From Antedon mediterranea (lineage: Eukaryota; Animalia; Echinodermata), in contig NC_092679.1 of the NCBI RefSeq assembly GCF_964355755.1, positions 3,750,201 to 3,814,200 of the forward strand: DNA of 64,000 bases, given 5' to 3'. Under the pieces are notes generated by a model. The model worked only from the letters and a program-made list of their open reading frames with translations, was not told the origin of the DNA and ran no database searches. Position numbers and translations under genes: made by a program. Positions 50,301-63,041 of the stretch are shown here, piece after piece. The number at the start of each line of letters is the position of its first letter. Within the stretch, counting starts at the first letter, position 1.

Positions 50301-53300
50301 AGTAGCATACCTTTGCTAGTTGTACAGAATCTAACTTAGCAAAATGAGAAAACCAACTAGAAATCAAGTAGATGTTTTGGTAAATTAATAAACTTGCATT
50401 TATAGTAATTGGCAGATCAATCCTCAAGATAATAATAACATTTATTTCAACAAATAATAGAGCAAAATACATAATGAATATAAATTCAATATTGAACATA
50501 TTTTAATAATAAATACAAGAAAAAAAGTACCTGTACTTTTGCTAAAAAGTTACATTTTCTTCAAAAATGACAACCAGTCAGTATTTGTATTGCTAGTTTG
50601 TTGGGGTGAATGTCAAGGCCTGTTTTGTACAGTATTGAAAACTAGTAGCTTTCAATATTGTACTAAACAGTATACTGTACTTCTATATTAAAAGAACTAA
50701 CTATAGTACTTACATTATCGCATCTGAGACAAAGTTCTTGCATTCCCTCCGCTGATGCCACCAATAATTTGATACCAAACCTACTGTTAGCTATATTCAC
50801 ATCTGGTGTAACCTCACAGCCTAAAAAATATATTTAAAAAGACAAATTATTCTATTGCAATTATGGCAGTAACTACTTTGTATGATTTTAGTCATTGTTT
50901 AGTCAATTCAATAAATAGTGTTTATAATGACCAAAAAGTATGCTAGATAAGTAAATAAACAGGTTGAAAACTGAATGCATTTACTGCAGTAACTGAAGTA
51001 CAATCATTTTGACATTTGTCCAAAAAATTTGAACATTTGTGAGAATGAAACATTTTCCCATAACTATTATATTAGAATCAAACTGCTTGAGATGTCCCAC
51101 CATTCCTTTCATAATTTATGATATTTTTATTATGTGCATTAGGAACAACTATACTAAGTTAAGTTCAACTTAAAGGCCTGTGACATAGATTATGAGGACA
51201 AAAGTCATGAACGAAAACAGCTGATAGGGTAAGGTGAGGTGCTGAAAAGAATGGTGAATACAGAGCAAATATTCCCACATACAAAAGCCCTATTCAACTG
51301 TCAAAAGTAATAAGAAAATGTAGAGGAAATGTACAAGAATTCCATAGCAAATATTTCTTTATTTCCAATAAAAAATAAGTGGGTATTACTACTTTTTATA
51401 AGCTTAGCAGAATGATTACAAATCCAGATCAGTGAAAAATAACAGTTAACAGTTTGTTTTTTGAAATAAAATATTAAAAATTAGATGTTAATTTTTTTCA
51501 ATAAATTTAGTTTTAAAGAAAGGATATTAATATTGCTGTCATATCATATAAAACTTTTATGTGTATGTAGGTAGTATTTATGAAAAATTGCTGAAGATAC
51601 CAGAACAAGGATTCGAACTTTAGACTTATGTACTGCAGTATACAGAAGCACCATACATACTGATCTACATAACATATAGAGAAAACCTAGCCTGTAAGAA
51701 TATCATTGTAAATCTGAAAATATATTTTATTACAGTAATTTAACACATCAAAAACCATTAGTACACGTCGTGTCATGTAATTATATCATTATTGATTTTA
51801 TAGTTTAACAGTTTTTCTTCACGATGTCTGCAAAAGTTACATGTGAATAATTTTTATTTTATATTTTAAGTGTACTGATGGATTATATAATCGGCAAAAC
51901 AAGGTCGATGATGAGTTGAGTTACATCTTTATATAATTCATCTTGGACAACACATGTGCTTGTCTTACGCTACCAGTAACATAATAATAAGTCATCTGTC
52001 ACAGCAAAAATGAATCATAACAACATTAATAATATTTTAGTAAAAGATTCAATGTATTTCCAAGTGTTGGTATGTTCAATCATAGTGTAATCAATGCTAC
52101 TCTAAGGGGTTGAAACTAATATAATTTATAGGTTTCTTTAGTGACAAGTCTGTGGTGCATCCAGGATTGAGGTCCATGGCCAAAACATTGTGAAATTAAG
52201 CGCTGAACTTTAGAGGGAACATAGTGTGGGAGTATAGCCAAAGGTAGATTTATAACATCAAAGAATTGTTATACCTTCAACATTTAAATGATATAGGCCT
52301 CAAAATAGGCTCCTAAATTAGATACTAAATTTGCTTGACAGAATCAATATCATCATCTATAATATTTCTAGTACTTTATTCCAAATAGACAAGAAAGTAT
52401 ATGTACCGTTATACAACATAGATATATGATACAGGCATCCGAGACAAATGCAAAATACTTGGCAAATATACTTAATTGCGTTCTTAATGACGGAAAGATT
52501 TAACGTTAAGACACGCTGAGAATGCTGCACAGACTTAAGTAGGAAGTAGTGAACTCCTAATCATGCTTTTGTTATAAATCTTTACCGCAAAACTATTTGC
52601 AAACGAGGCCGTGGTCACGTCATCGTCCGATTATACATAAGTTAAAATTCAATGAGTTCTGAATGTAGTTTAGGATTTTACTTGATTGTAGATATAATAG
52701 TGTGAATGCAGTGTTAGCGCTAGCCAAAACATCGCGTGTCTCAGTAATATATCACGCTGCATCATAGTCAGGGGTTCTTTTAGCCGAACTTGTTTGTAAA
52801 GGTCAACAAGTCAATCTATTCCCTTTTATACAATTTCCACTCCAAACTAACTTAGTATACTGTCATATGTTGTCATTATGTCATTGTTTTTGACAAATCA
52901 ATCAGACTTAACATTAGTAAAAATTGTACATCCTGGCAAGGAGTAAATGTAGGCACAACAACAAAACTATGTAACTGTATTACACTATAATATTAAAATG
53001 AATATTATAAAACATCTAACACTCGGAACTCTATAAATATAAAAAGAAGTTGAAGAAAAATTTATTAAAATGACATCACCTAATTTGGTTGTCTAGATAT
53101 ATATGATTGTTGATATTCAAGACCATCAATATGACGTGTTGGTAAATTGAGTTTCATTTCTTTTCTATATTGTCTTTTTATATATGATATCACGAAAACA
53201 GAAACAACCAGTTGTAAAAAAAAATGTATGTTTAAAAAATGTATTCCAAATATTATGTGAACAAATTATATTTGATATAATGATTTCTATTCCAACATAA

Positions 53301-56300
53301 TTTAGAGGTAATGTCAGCATGTAACATTTCCTACATGGGATAATAAAGTTTTATTATTGCTATTTATTTATACAGTATAAACTGTTTGTAATATAACTAT
53401 AAAATTGTTATGCAAAAAGCAGTGTCTATACATCATCCTCTGTAAAGCTCTATCTAGCCCATCAAACTGATGTGCCCAAATATGGTAGTGATCTGCTTAA
53501 ATATGGTAGTGATATGAAATCATCATGTCCATATATGGGCACATCATATTATTTTGTCCCATAAAGTTTGATAGTGTAGACAGAGCTTTAAGCAATTTTA
53601 GGAATATAAAATGGACATGTGTTAATTATTGATGTTTAAAAAATAAAAAAGTTCTACAATATTTGGAATAAACTGGAAAAACCCATGGCAACAATGCCAT
53701 ATTTCATCTAGGTCACATGGCTCTATGGCAATACCTTGTGACTTGGGAAAGGCATTATGGCCCCAAGCTAAAATTTTATATGTATTATTTGCAGGTATAC
53801 TTAATTTTCAGTTATTCTCAAAAGCCTTAAAACATGTGGAATATTGTAAATTGCTTGCCTTTGGGCGGGGATGGTGATAAGTGAAAGTTTCACAATGATT
53901 TTAATAGAAATATTGAGAGTCCGATATGGCCGCCAACAGTGTATATCAAAAGTATGATCTACGAGATATTTTTACAAACACCTTTAAATAATCAGAAATT
54001 TAATGAGAAGTAAGTCTTTAAATATTATTAATCATAAACTGGTGACATGAAGTTTTTAATGTTTATTAGGTGACTATTGATGAGACTGACGAGTTATTGT
54101 TCATTTTGTGCGAGGTTGTGTCGCCAGCTTTTAATGATCAAAGAGTTTACACCCTAGCATAAATACACCTCTGGCTGGCATCGTACAGATGCCGTGGGTG
54201 TAATGGTACAAGAACAAAACTCCTTTGTTAAAGTCATAGGAATATTGGACCATCATATTCTAGTCAGCTTGTTTTGATTACTATAACTTAACCTACGTAA
54301 AACTAAACTTTTCAACTTTTATTATGAGACATAAAGAGTTACTTTCATTTTGATACAAGATTAGAATATGGGATTTACTGTATTTAGGTAATTAATAAGG
54401 TTGTTTTCAGATTTGATGTACAAATTGCATGTTAAAGGCTCAATCAACAATACTGAGCTTTCCCACAACTGATTGAATGAAGAAAATAGGCATATTAAAG
54501 TGGGTCTCTTGTATCACATCGCAAGGATCTACATCCAGCAAGGCAATCTAACAGGACACTGAGCTTGCCTTGCCAAGATAGTAACTCAACACAGTCCGTT
54601 GATCTTATGTCTGGCTGCGACAAATACCAAGAGTATATTCTCCACGACATGTGGTGTCTCTTAATGGAGTGGAACTGATCGTGTCGCAGCCACAAATAAA
54701 CCCTTTGATCTCTGGAGCTCAGCATCCTGTTCTTAGATTGCTTGCATAAACAGTGAGCAGTTTGAGGAGCTAGATCCGAGGATTATCTGCTCAAAATATC
54801 CAAGTCAAGGAGTGCATTCATTATGGCACCTCTTTCATTTAATGGCACCTCTTTCATTTAATGGCACCCCTTTCATTTAATGGCACCCCTTTTATTTAAT
54901 GGCACCTCTTTCATTTAATGGCACCTCTTTCATTTAATGGCACCTCTTTCATTTAATGGCACCTCTTTCATTTAATGGCACCTCTTTCATTATGGCACCT
55001 CTTTCATTTAATGGCACCTCTTTCATTATGGCACCTCTTTCATTATGGCACCTCTTTCATTATGGCACCTCTTTCATCAGTATTATAGTGATGCCTTACC
55101 CTTCAAACTGTGTTTATGTAATGGATTATGTGGCATATCTTCTTTTGACTTGTACTGTGTCAGGTGGATGTCTCTGAATGTAAAGAAGCCTTTCTTGTAT
55201 CCTTTCAGTGTTAATTTCTTTGGTCTGTCAAAAAAAAAATAGACACTGAAATAAATATTTTGTTATTCTTTTAATCATTAAACTTCAGAAAAAATGGAAT
55301 GATCTTTTGTTTTTTTTAGTAAAGTCAACCTAAATGTAACTAACTGTTGTTGTTGAGTACTTTTATCATTTCATTATGCAAGTCCTGTTGCAAGTCCTGT
55401 TTATTCTATGGATATGTTCCAAAGTAAAGAGGAATGAAAAGAAATTACTATCCAATCTTTGCATATCAGCAATTTAGTATATCGCTGTTCTCTGACAATT
55501 CACTAACAATTGCAGATTTTTTTTGGCATTTATCCTAGCTCATAGTCCAAAAGCCTTGTTGTTCATTATTTCATGATGATGTACTACTAGCTTCAGGCAT
55601 GCTCTTGGCGATCTACTCAACATTTTAACCACGCAATCTTAGACTATTTTATCCACGTAAGGGAATCGTTTCAATGACACTTATCGGTATATAATGCTAC
55701 CTTCTAATCCATCATGTGTATGTCTTGAAAAGGTTAAATAAAACATCTATGACAAACTGTTTGCAAGGGTACAAAAACATTTTGAAAGATGAAAGGGTAT
55801 GGGATGCGGCAAGGGGGACGTCAGGCATTCAAAAGAGAGGAAAAAAGTTGGGCTTCTTCGGAAAATTGAGGAAATCCTCATCCTCTTACCTATGCCTGTG
55901 TGTTTGTGTAAAAATAAACTTGTACTTTATGACTCTATGGTAACTAAAGATAGTGAGGCGGACTTTGAAGAGGTGAAATGTGTTAAGAGAGTTAACTGTA
56001 CATTTAAAAAACTATTAGGAGAAATAAGATTCCTTAAACAGGAAAATATGCAATAATAACAATAAAGGCTTTATGAGATGTTGTATGTGTTTTACAGGCA
56101 ACAGGAAAATAGATTATTACTCAATCAATGCAAATTTATAAGATTCTATTGTTTAATGATCTTTTCTATTGAATCGAAAACAGAAACAAGTAGTTTTAAG
56201 TATTTATTGCTGCTATAAATATAAACATTGTATAACAATTTCAACATACTAATAGGGTATGTCAAACTATAGGACAATTTCCTTTATGTTTTAAAGTATA

Positions 56301-57741
56301 TATTAGGGTAAAACCCTAGTAGATATTGGATTTATTTTCAAGTGATGATTTCATTTTTAAAAATCTATTAATAATTACCTGAAATATTTGAATTCATCTT
56401 TCAGTTCGGGCACGTTTGTGATGTCATGCTGAGGACAGAAACATTCATAAAATTATGAAAAAGCACACGCAAAAATATAATCTTGTCTAAAAAAGAAAAA
56501 CTGTACATGCAACAATACATTTTGACATTTATCAAAGATTTCTCTAATACATACTTTCTTCAAAATTTAACAAACAATTTATTTAATCCTCTGTAGAATA
56601 TATATATATATATTTTTTTTTTGCGATATATTGCATGATTTTTATTACTTGCATCGTTATTGCTTGCTTATAACAATTGTAATGTTAAAATTATCATTTA
56701 AGTGTTTTGTGATGCTTGTGTTTTTTGTCTTTGGAAATCTTTAAAAAAAAAAATAGTTAAAATAAAAGATATGCAAACTACAGCTAGAAGCAGAGCAAGC
56801 AGGTAGGGGTTTTCCACTACTATTTTTTCCTCCACTTTGTAGGGAAAAGGTAAATGTCTGTTTATCCGGGTAAGCTAGGCACAAAATAGACCTAAAAATA
56901 AAAGACACTTACATGTGAGATTGAAGAGATGTTTGTTCCTTGTAAAACCTTTTCCAGATCCAGAAGGTCAGCATCAATGTCATCTTTGCCATTCTTTGCG
57001 TTCATATCTGTTTGTTGTGGCAGAATTGATTGTAAATTTATTTGGAGCTGTGAAAGAAAAAAATTCAAAAGTCAATATTTGAAAGAAATTCTTAATTTGT
57101 TAGGAATACTGTTGACTTTTTAGACTTTGGCACTCGTAAAGTTAAATTCCTGTAAAGATCACCTTATTCCAGATGAACTTCTGTAATAAGGGTAATCTTA
57201 AGACATCTTGCTTGCATATAATGATACCGCTTTTTTACTTTATTTAAAAAGATCTACCTCCAATTTGTACTGGCAGAGCGACATTGTTTTTGAAGGATAT
57301 TTTTTGATATAACTATGCCTTTAGTTTAGATAACTATTAGGTAATAGATAGCTGCTAGGAAGTTGAATTTTCTTAGCAACTCTCTCAAGAACTGATGAAA
57401 TCTTTTCAAACTTTAATGTTTCATTTCACAAAATTAGAAAGGCAATCCATCAATACAAATGTAAAAGAAGAGCGTGAATATTATTAAGCAATAATAATGC
57501 CTAGTGATTACCTGATGAGCGTCAACTTACTTGTAACGCGGCAAACATAACCATTTCTTCCTCTGTGCAATCAATTTCCTCAGTCAACAATCCCCACTTA
57601 GCCTGTTCGTAGATCTGATTGATTCGGACCGCATCTTGTTTTGGATCGAGGTCGTAGAATGAGAAGTATTTATAACGCAACATCAACGTGTCGTTTTCTC
57701 GTAATCCTTGTTCCATTAGTGATTTCGACGAGTCCAACCAT
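44101..57741 (-). CDS. Kindlin / fermitin family homolog (UNC-112-related, FERMT-like), 3' eight coding exons; 5' exons outside window
   Basis: Spliced frame gives [43 protein letters not shown] domain ([40 protein letters not shown]), [43 protein letters not shown]: the kindlin F2-PH-F3 architecture. Confidence 0.96.
44725..44871 (-). CDS. Kindlin exon ([12 protein letters not shown]...RNSKRE) with GC donor
   Basis: caatag acceptor; donor GAG|GCAAGT; phase 0-0. Confidence 0.92.
44985..45653. repeat. 17-19-bp minisatellite (GTATAATCCCATGACTA / GTATAATACCATGACCGA)
   Basis: Tandem array in a kindlin intron. Confidence 0.93.
45840..46061 (-). CDS. Kindlin exon ([17 protein letters not shown]...KPKQ)
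   Basis: ttcag / gttagt. Confidence 0.93.
46692..46827. mobile_element. MITE family A, full length with TTA TSD
   Basis: tta|agccttgtctacactatcaa...ttgatagtgtagacaatgct|tta. Confidence 0.82.
47538..47615 (+). mobile_element. tRNA-derived SINE head (degenerate)
   Basis: A-box-like tagcttggcgg (47546) and B-box ggttcaatcc (47590); no intact cloverleaf. Confidence 0.5.
48140..48964. repeat. ~112-bp near-perfect inverted repeat (arms 48140-48251 and 48848-48964)
   Basis: tatgctcaaatagggtag...cttcttaaattagct versus agctaatttaagaag...ctaccctatttgagcata. Confidence 0.88.
48935..49028. mobile_element. MITE family A, partial
   Basis: atcactaccatattt...tgatagtatagacagag. Confidence 0.6.
49744..49800 (+). 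mobile_element. 5' fragment of the same HINE family
   Basis: ttggttatccgcacttggcggataacccc-ttgttattgt resembles 38066-38110. Confidence 0.55.
50714..50820 (-). CDS. Kindlin PH-domain exon (GCEVTPDVN...LRCDN)
   Basis: tttttag / gtaagt. Confidence 0.92.
53446..53587. mobile_element. MITE family A
   Basis: agctctatcta...gtttgatagtgtagacagagct. Confidence 0.75.
54537..54743. mobile_element. ~210-bp dispersed foldback repeat, copy 2
   Basis: Same nested stems as 4977-5190. Confidence 0.7.
54823..55077. repeat. 17/19-bp minisatellite (TGGCACCTCTTTCATTTAA)
   Basis: Tandem array ending ~20 bp from a kindlin donor site. Confidence 0.93.
55100..55224 (-). CDS. Kindlin PH-domain exon ([18 protein letters not shown]...SLK)
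   Basis: ttgacag / gtaagg. Confidence 0.92.
56379..56428 (-). CDS. Kindlin exon ([16 protein letters not shown])
   Basis: cctcag / gtaatt. Confidence 0.88.
56913..57047 (-). CDS. Kindlin exon (LQINLQS...[11 protein letters not shown]...SH)
   Basis: ttcacag / gtaagt. Confidence 0.88.
57531..57741 (-). CDS. Kindlin exon ([12 protein letters not shown]...FAALQ)
   Basis: ttttcag / gtaagt. Confidence 0.94.
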
Positions 57742-58380
57742 CTGAAAAGTTCAGACAAGATAGTTGTTATTATTTTTTTTGGGGACACAAATTTTATCAT
57801 GCAAAAATTAACGGCAATTCCATTATGAAAATATAATAATCAAAAAAGAAAATATTGTAGTAGGAAGTACTATTTGGTATTACATAAACATTTTTTTTTG
57901 TCTAGACAAGACATTAAATTCTGTCCTAATAATCAAAATATACAAAAAAAACCACACAATGTGTTTTCGCCGTATAGCCACTAAGGGAGCAGCAATATTA
58001 TATATTTTGTTGAATAGTATGTATTCAGTATAACATTTTTCTTCCCTTTATTATTAACATAGAAAGAATATAACAAAAATAACTCGACTGAGTATTAAAC
58101 TAAGAAAAGGTCACGCTTCACTGATCACCAACATAAACAAATGCGTTAGATTTCTCAGCCTCACTGCCCTGCTCAATCTCCATAATTAATCTGCAACACT
58201 GACTATCAATCTCCGAGCAAAAGCAGAAGCTAAGGATGACAACATTGCAATTGTTGCCATATGAAAAGGTTGAATCATCATGCAATCAGCGGAGCAAAAA
58301 TGGTTTCTATTTATCAATGTTTGCTGGCCTGCCAACAGATATAAAGGTTAAACTGAATTGATTCGAAGTAGTCTGCATAG

Positions 58381-59145
58381 TAGCAGGGTTGCTAACTTCC
58401 ATTTTTTATGAAGATTGTGCATTTTGTGACAAAAGCACCAAATTTGGCACAAACCTTCTTTAGGGTATATCTAACAATCCTACAAGGGGTGCCCAAAAAT
58501 CGGAACAATTTAACGACGTCATTTGGACCACGCCCTTTTTTTAGTATTACGTAATTAGGTGAAACCTTAAATCTTCGTATATACATACCAAGTTTGGTAT
58601 CAAATTAAAACTCATGACATGTACATTGCAATACACACATAAAAAATATATGATTTCTCTTCAGACGGAATATATAGGTCAAATAATGTAATTTTCTCTC
58701 ATATTCAAGGGTATTTCAATCAAAACGTGCCAATATTGTGTTATGTTATGAACATTGTAGTTATAAGAACAACAATATTCATTTTTGTAATAGAACTACT
58801 AATATATATTTATCCTGTATCAGTTACTTTCCTTTAACATATAATTAGGAACCACTGAAAAAAAGTATATAAAACATATACTGTAATCAAACTTGGCTCA
58901 ATAATCACTGGACTAAGTAAACAGACAAAAGACCATTTGACTGACAATTATGGCGTTAGCATCCATAACAATACATGGAGGTGATTATCAACTTTACTTT
59001 TATGAAATTATTTATCTGGAAACAAACACTTATAATGGTACAGAGTTGCTAGATGACGAACAAGTTCCACGGCATGGGTAACAAAGACCAGTGCAAGAAA
59101 GACCTGCTGAACGGCACTTGCAGTTCCCTGAGCAATGCAGGCAAC
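58381..59145. repeat. Left long inverted repeat of the Academ element
   Basis: Reverse complement of 61086-61831 except the first ~35 bp; the ORF track shows mirrored peptides (MYIRRFK.SPNYVILKKGRGPNDVV on both strands). Confidence 0.92.
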
Positions 59146-61190
59146 CCATTCCTCGATAATTGTTCAGAACTTCTGGTCTTGGATGCTCGAGATTGTGCCA
59201 ATGAAAGTGCAGTAGTGACAGTTCGTACAATTCAGGATGTAGGTACTACCCAGTACCAAAAATATTTCAAGGAAGTTATTCTCGACAGAAGTGTTGCAAT
59301 TCAACAAGCCATCAAACAGAATAAGCTGCCGTTGTTCAACACACCACGGTCAAAATGAGTGTCCAAAACAAAGCAACAAGTTAAGAGTTTAAAAAGTGAC
59401 TGCAGCCTATTCAGTCGACTGTATATTTGCAAGTCAATCTCGTGATGGAGATTTGGAAGATTTCTTCATGCATGAAAACCAGCCATGGCCACCCTCTTTG
59501 GCAGTAAATGGAAAGCTTCGACTACCAACTAAGAAGTCTGAGTTGCTACAGCATTTGGAGACTGAAGGCCAGCCTGAACCTCCTACATATTTTGACGTAA
59601 AGGTGTTTGACGGAGCTGCTATTGTCCATGCTCTTTCCAGCAACCATGCATTTACATTTGATGACTACGGTGATAATAAGGTGAGTACATTTCTTTGCAT
59701 TCAGGATTGTATCTATTGTTTAACCACCACATAATTGGTCACTTCTATATGCGGATCGTTATTATTGTATCATTTGTATGACAGGTCTTTCTACCGTGCA
59801 CCAGACAGCAGCTGCAGAATAGTAACAGAATTGATATAGTGTGGGACACTTACAGAACAGATAGTCTTAAGCAGTCTACAAGAGAAAAAAGAGGAAAAGG
59901 GGTCAGAAGGAAAGTTGGGGGACAAACAAAGATTCCAGGGAATTTTCCAGACTTTCTGAAAGATCCAGTAAATAAAGAGGAGTTATTTAACTTTTTAACT
60001 ACAAAGATGTCTACCCATGATTACTCTGACTGCAAAGAAGTTGACATTACATCAGGTAAGTTTTATTATGATACATACTAATTCATTTTGTTTGTTTGTT
60101 TGTAACCAAACGATTAATTTACTTATACAGTTTCGTACCAATAATTAATTAAAAAGGCATATTAAATTAGTAAGTAATTCTTGATATATGTCCTGTAGGC
60201 GAGTCTGTTGTATGTTGACATATACTCAACCTATGTCAATCTGCGACCATGAAGAGGCCGACTCCAGGATGTGCATTCACATTGATGATGCCTTAAAGAA
60301 AGGCAGCAGGGTTATTCTGGTGCGTACTACTGATGCCATTGTTATCCTGGTTGGTATTTTCTGCAATCTAATAGCCTGTTATCCTGGTACGTGTATCTGG
60401 GTCGCATTTGGCATGGGTAAGCACTTCCAATATTTTAATATAAATACCATCTGCCATAACCTAGGAGAGGATAAGTCAAGAGGGCTGCCAGTTTTTCATG
60501 CATTTACTGGGTCCGATACTACATCCCAGTTCTTCGGAAAAGCAAAACACTCCGCATGGGAGACGTGGAACTCATTACCAGCAGTCACAGAAGCCTTTCT
60601 TTTCGTGGCACATCACCCTTTCAAATCTCTAGGAGTCAACTCATCTCAATTCCAGTTGCTAGAGGAGTTTACATGTCATCTATACGACAAGACAAGTACT
60701 TTAAGAAGTGTTACTAAGCTAAGACAATATCTTTTTTTCACGAAAGGCACGGACAATAGACAACATTCCTCCTACACAGGTAAGGGGCGCTTCCATATAA
60801 TTGTCAATTGTCGTTTAATAATTTATTATCAGGTTCATGTTTTTCTTTCATTAAAAGGTAACACCAATCTTTAAAATGTTTATTGCAGGATGCACTTTTA
60901 CAGCATTCCAACAGATCCATATACCAAGCAAGCATTTGGACCACCAGTCTACAGCCACAGCAGAATGCTCCATCACCAGAAGACTTTGGTTGGATTAAAA
61001 CCGGCAGTACATGGACACCAGTCTGGACAATACTACCTGAAGCATCTAAGGCATGTAGGGAATTGCTAAAGTGTGGCTGCAAAAAGTTGCCTTTTTGCTC
61101 AGGGAACTGCAAGTGCCGTTCAGCAGTGCACTGGTCTTTGTTACCCATGCCGTGGAACTTGTTCGTCATCTATCAACTCTGTACCATTAT
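59136..61190 (+). pseudogene. Disrupted, spliced C-terminal part of Academ protein (XPG-like nuclease plus Cys-rich finger)
   Basis: Introns 59681-59784, 60056-60198 and 60780-60888 (all GT-AG). In-frame TGA at 59356; frameshifts near 59427, 60215 and 60735; an 8-bp deletion near 61126. The N-terminal transposase region is absent. Confidence 0.8.
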
Positions 61191-61831
61191 AAGTGTTTGT
61201 TTCCAGATAAATAATTTCATAAAAGTAAAGTTGATAATCACTTCCATGTATTGTTATGGATGCTAACGCCATAATTGTCAGTCAAATGGTCTTTTGTCTG
61301 TTTACATAGTCCAGTGATTATTGAGCCAAGTTTGATACAGTATATGTTTTATATACTTTTTTTCAGTGGTTCCTAATTATATGTTAAAGGAAAGTAACTG
61401 GTAACAGGATAAATATATATTAGTAGTTCTATTACAAAAATGAATGTTGTTGTTCTTATAACTACAATGTTCATAACATAACACAATATTGGCACGTTTT
61501 GATTGAAATACCCTTCAATATGAGAGAAAATTCCATTATTTGACCTATATATTCCGTCTGAAGAGAAATCATATATGTTTTATGTGTGTATTGCAATGTA
61601 CATGTCATGAGTTTTAATTTGATACCAAACTTGGTATGTATATACGAAGATTTAAGTTTTCACCTAATTACGTAATACTAAAAAAGGGGCGTGGTCCAAA
61701 TGACGTCGTTAAATTGTTCCGATTTTTGGGCACCCCTTCTAGGATTGTTAGATATACCCTAAAGAAGGTTTGTGCCAAATTTGGTGCTTTTGTCACAAAG
61801 TGCACAAAAAAAGTGCTAAGTTACCCTGCTA
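61086..61831. repeat. Right long inverted repeat of the Academ element
   Basis: Reverse complement of 58381-59145. Confidence 0.92.
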
Positions 61832-62705
61832 TAGACCATGTGAACACATACTTATTAATAGACTGAAATAATCGCTGATTTAATAGTAAACTTCCTAAAA
61901 TTAATTATCTAAATTGTTAAAAACTAAAAGACAATTTCAAGTGTATATGAAAGGCAAGATTATTTTTTAAACCCATTCTAAAAATGTAATAAATTAAAAA
62001 ATTATGGTTGGAATAAAGTACTACTATAATATACTGTAGTAATAATTTGATGTAAATAATACCTAATTGGATGTAAATCTGTATCCGGCTTAAATAGTAA
62101 TCCCTATTTCTGAAAAATATATCAAACATTAATCCACAATACTTGTGTACTGTAATCACATTCATGTTGAGACATTGCTATCATGTGATTTAATATCATT
62201 CTATTTTATGATAGATTATTGACGTGTAACAATAAAATTCTATTATATATTTTTATCAATTTACATAAAGATTTTTACATAAATGCTTTCATAAAAAAAG
62301 TATGTTTCATTCAAAATCATTACAGTAATGAATGTGGATTGAAAGTTAAAACACAATCGATATTGGATGGATAGATCAAGTATAAGCCCTTCTCAGGTAT
62401 AAGCCTATCTATCGAACCTTCATTAGTTCGTACAAGAGGTCGGTGTTAATTTATTTGTCTTCTGTTGTTTTAACTGGCAATATTTAAACAGGAAAGGAAT
62501 AGAGGAAGTAAAAGGGAGGAAGAGGGAGAATGTCTGGAGTAATAATGCTGAACACTTCCTGAAATTTATTGTGGCTTTAGTGAAATAGAATTCTTTAGGG
62601 AAAAGAAGTTCTGATGTACTGTAGAATTGTAAAAGTTCCCTGTGTTTATGGTACAATAGATAGATTATAATTAGTGACACTGACAAAAAAAATTTAGAAT
62701 TTAAC

Positions 62706-63041
62706 AAAAGAGAAAGTAAAAAGTACTGTGCGTTGAAAGCCTTTAAAAATTAATAGTTTAACAGAAGTGCATTATAGTACAGTATATGATGAATTATTAC
62801 ATTTCAAACTAAATAAAATGTTCCTTATATCATTTCATATCAGTTTTTCATGGCAACAATAAAAAAGCCATATTTAGAATACAAATGAAAAAGAAAGTGA
62901 AAAGTAACGTGGGTTGAAAGCCTTTCACAGTTTAACAGAAGACAGTGCATTATAGTATATGATGATGAATTATTATATTTAAAACTAAAATATTCCTTAT
63001 ATCATTTCGTATATAAAGGCAACTGAGTTCATGGCAACAAT
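62706..63041. repeat. Degenerate direct duplication of ~155 bp
   Basis: gttgaaagccttt...gtgcattatagta...ttccttatatcatttc...ttcatggcaacaata occurs twice (62706-62861, 62888-63041). Confidence 0.8.

Larger units (their letters stand above)
58381..61831 (+). mobile_element. Academ-superfamily (AcademX-type) DNA transposon, internally deleted and non-autonomous, in a kindlin intron
   Basis: Termini TAGCAGGGT...ACCCTGCTA flanked by TAG on both sides (58378-80 and 61832-34; a TA TSD with GC termini is an alternative parse). About 750-bp inverted repeats. Internal ORF remnants carry XPG/PIN nuclease motifs (VFDGAA, VWDTY, HEEADSR, FHAFTGSDTTSQFFGK) and a C-terminal Cys-rich finger. TAG/CTA termini, a 3-bp TSD and XPG plus Cys finger fit Academ. 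Confidence 0.82.

Noticed and set aside
55716-56056. Purine-rich ORFs in a kindlin intron (similar stretch at 62423-62707)
   Set aside because: Possibly very old LINE debris, but no motif I can identify with confidence.
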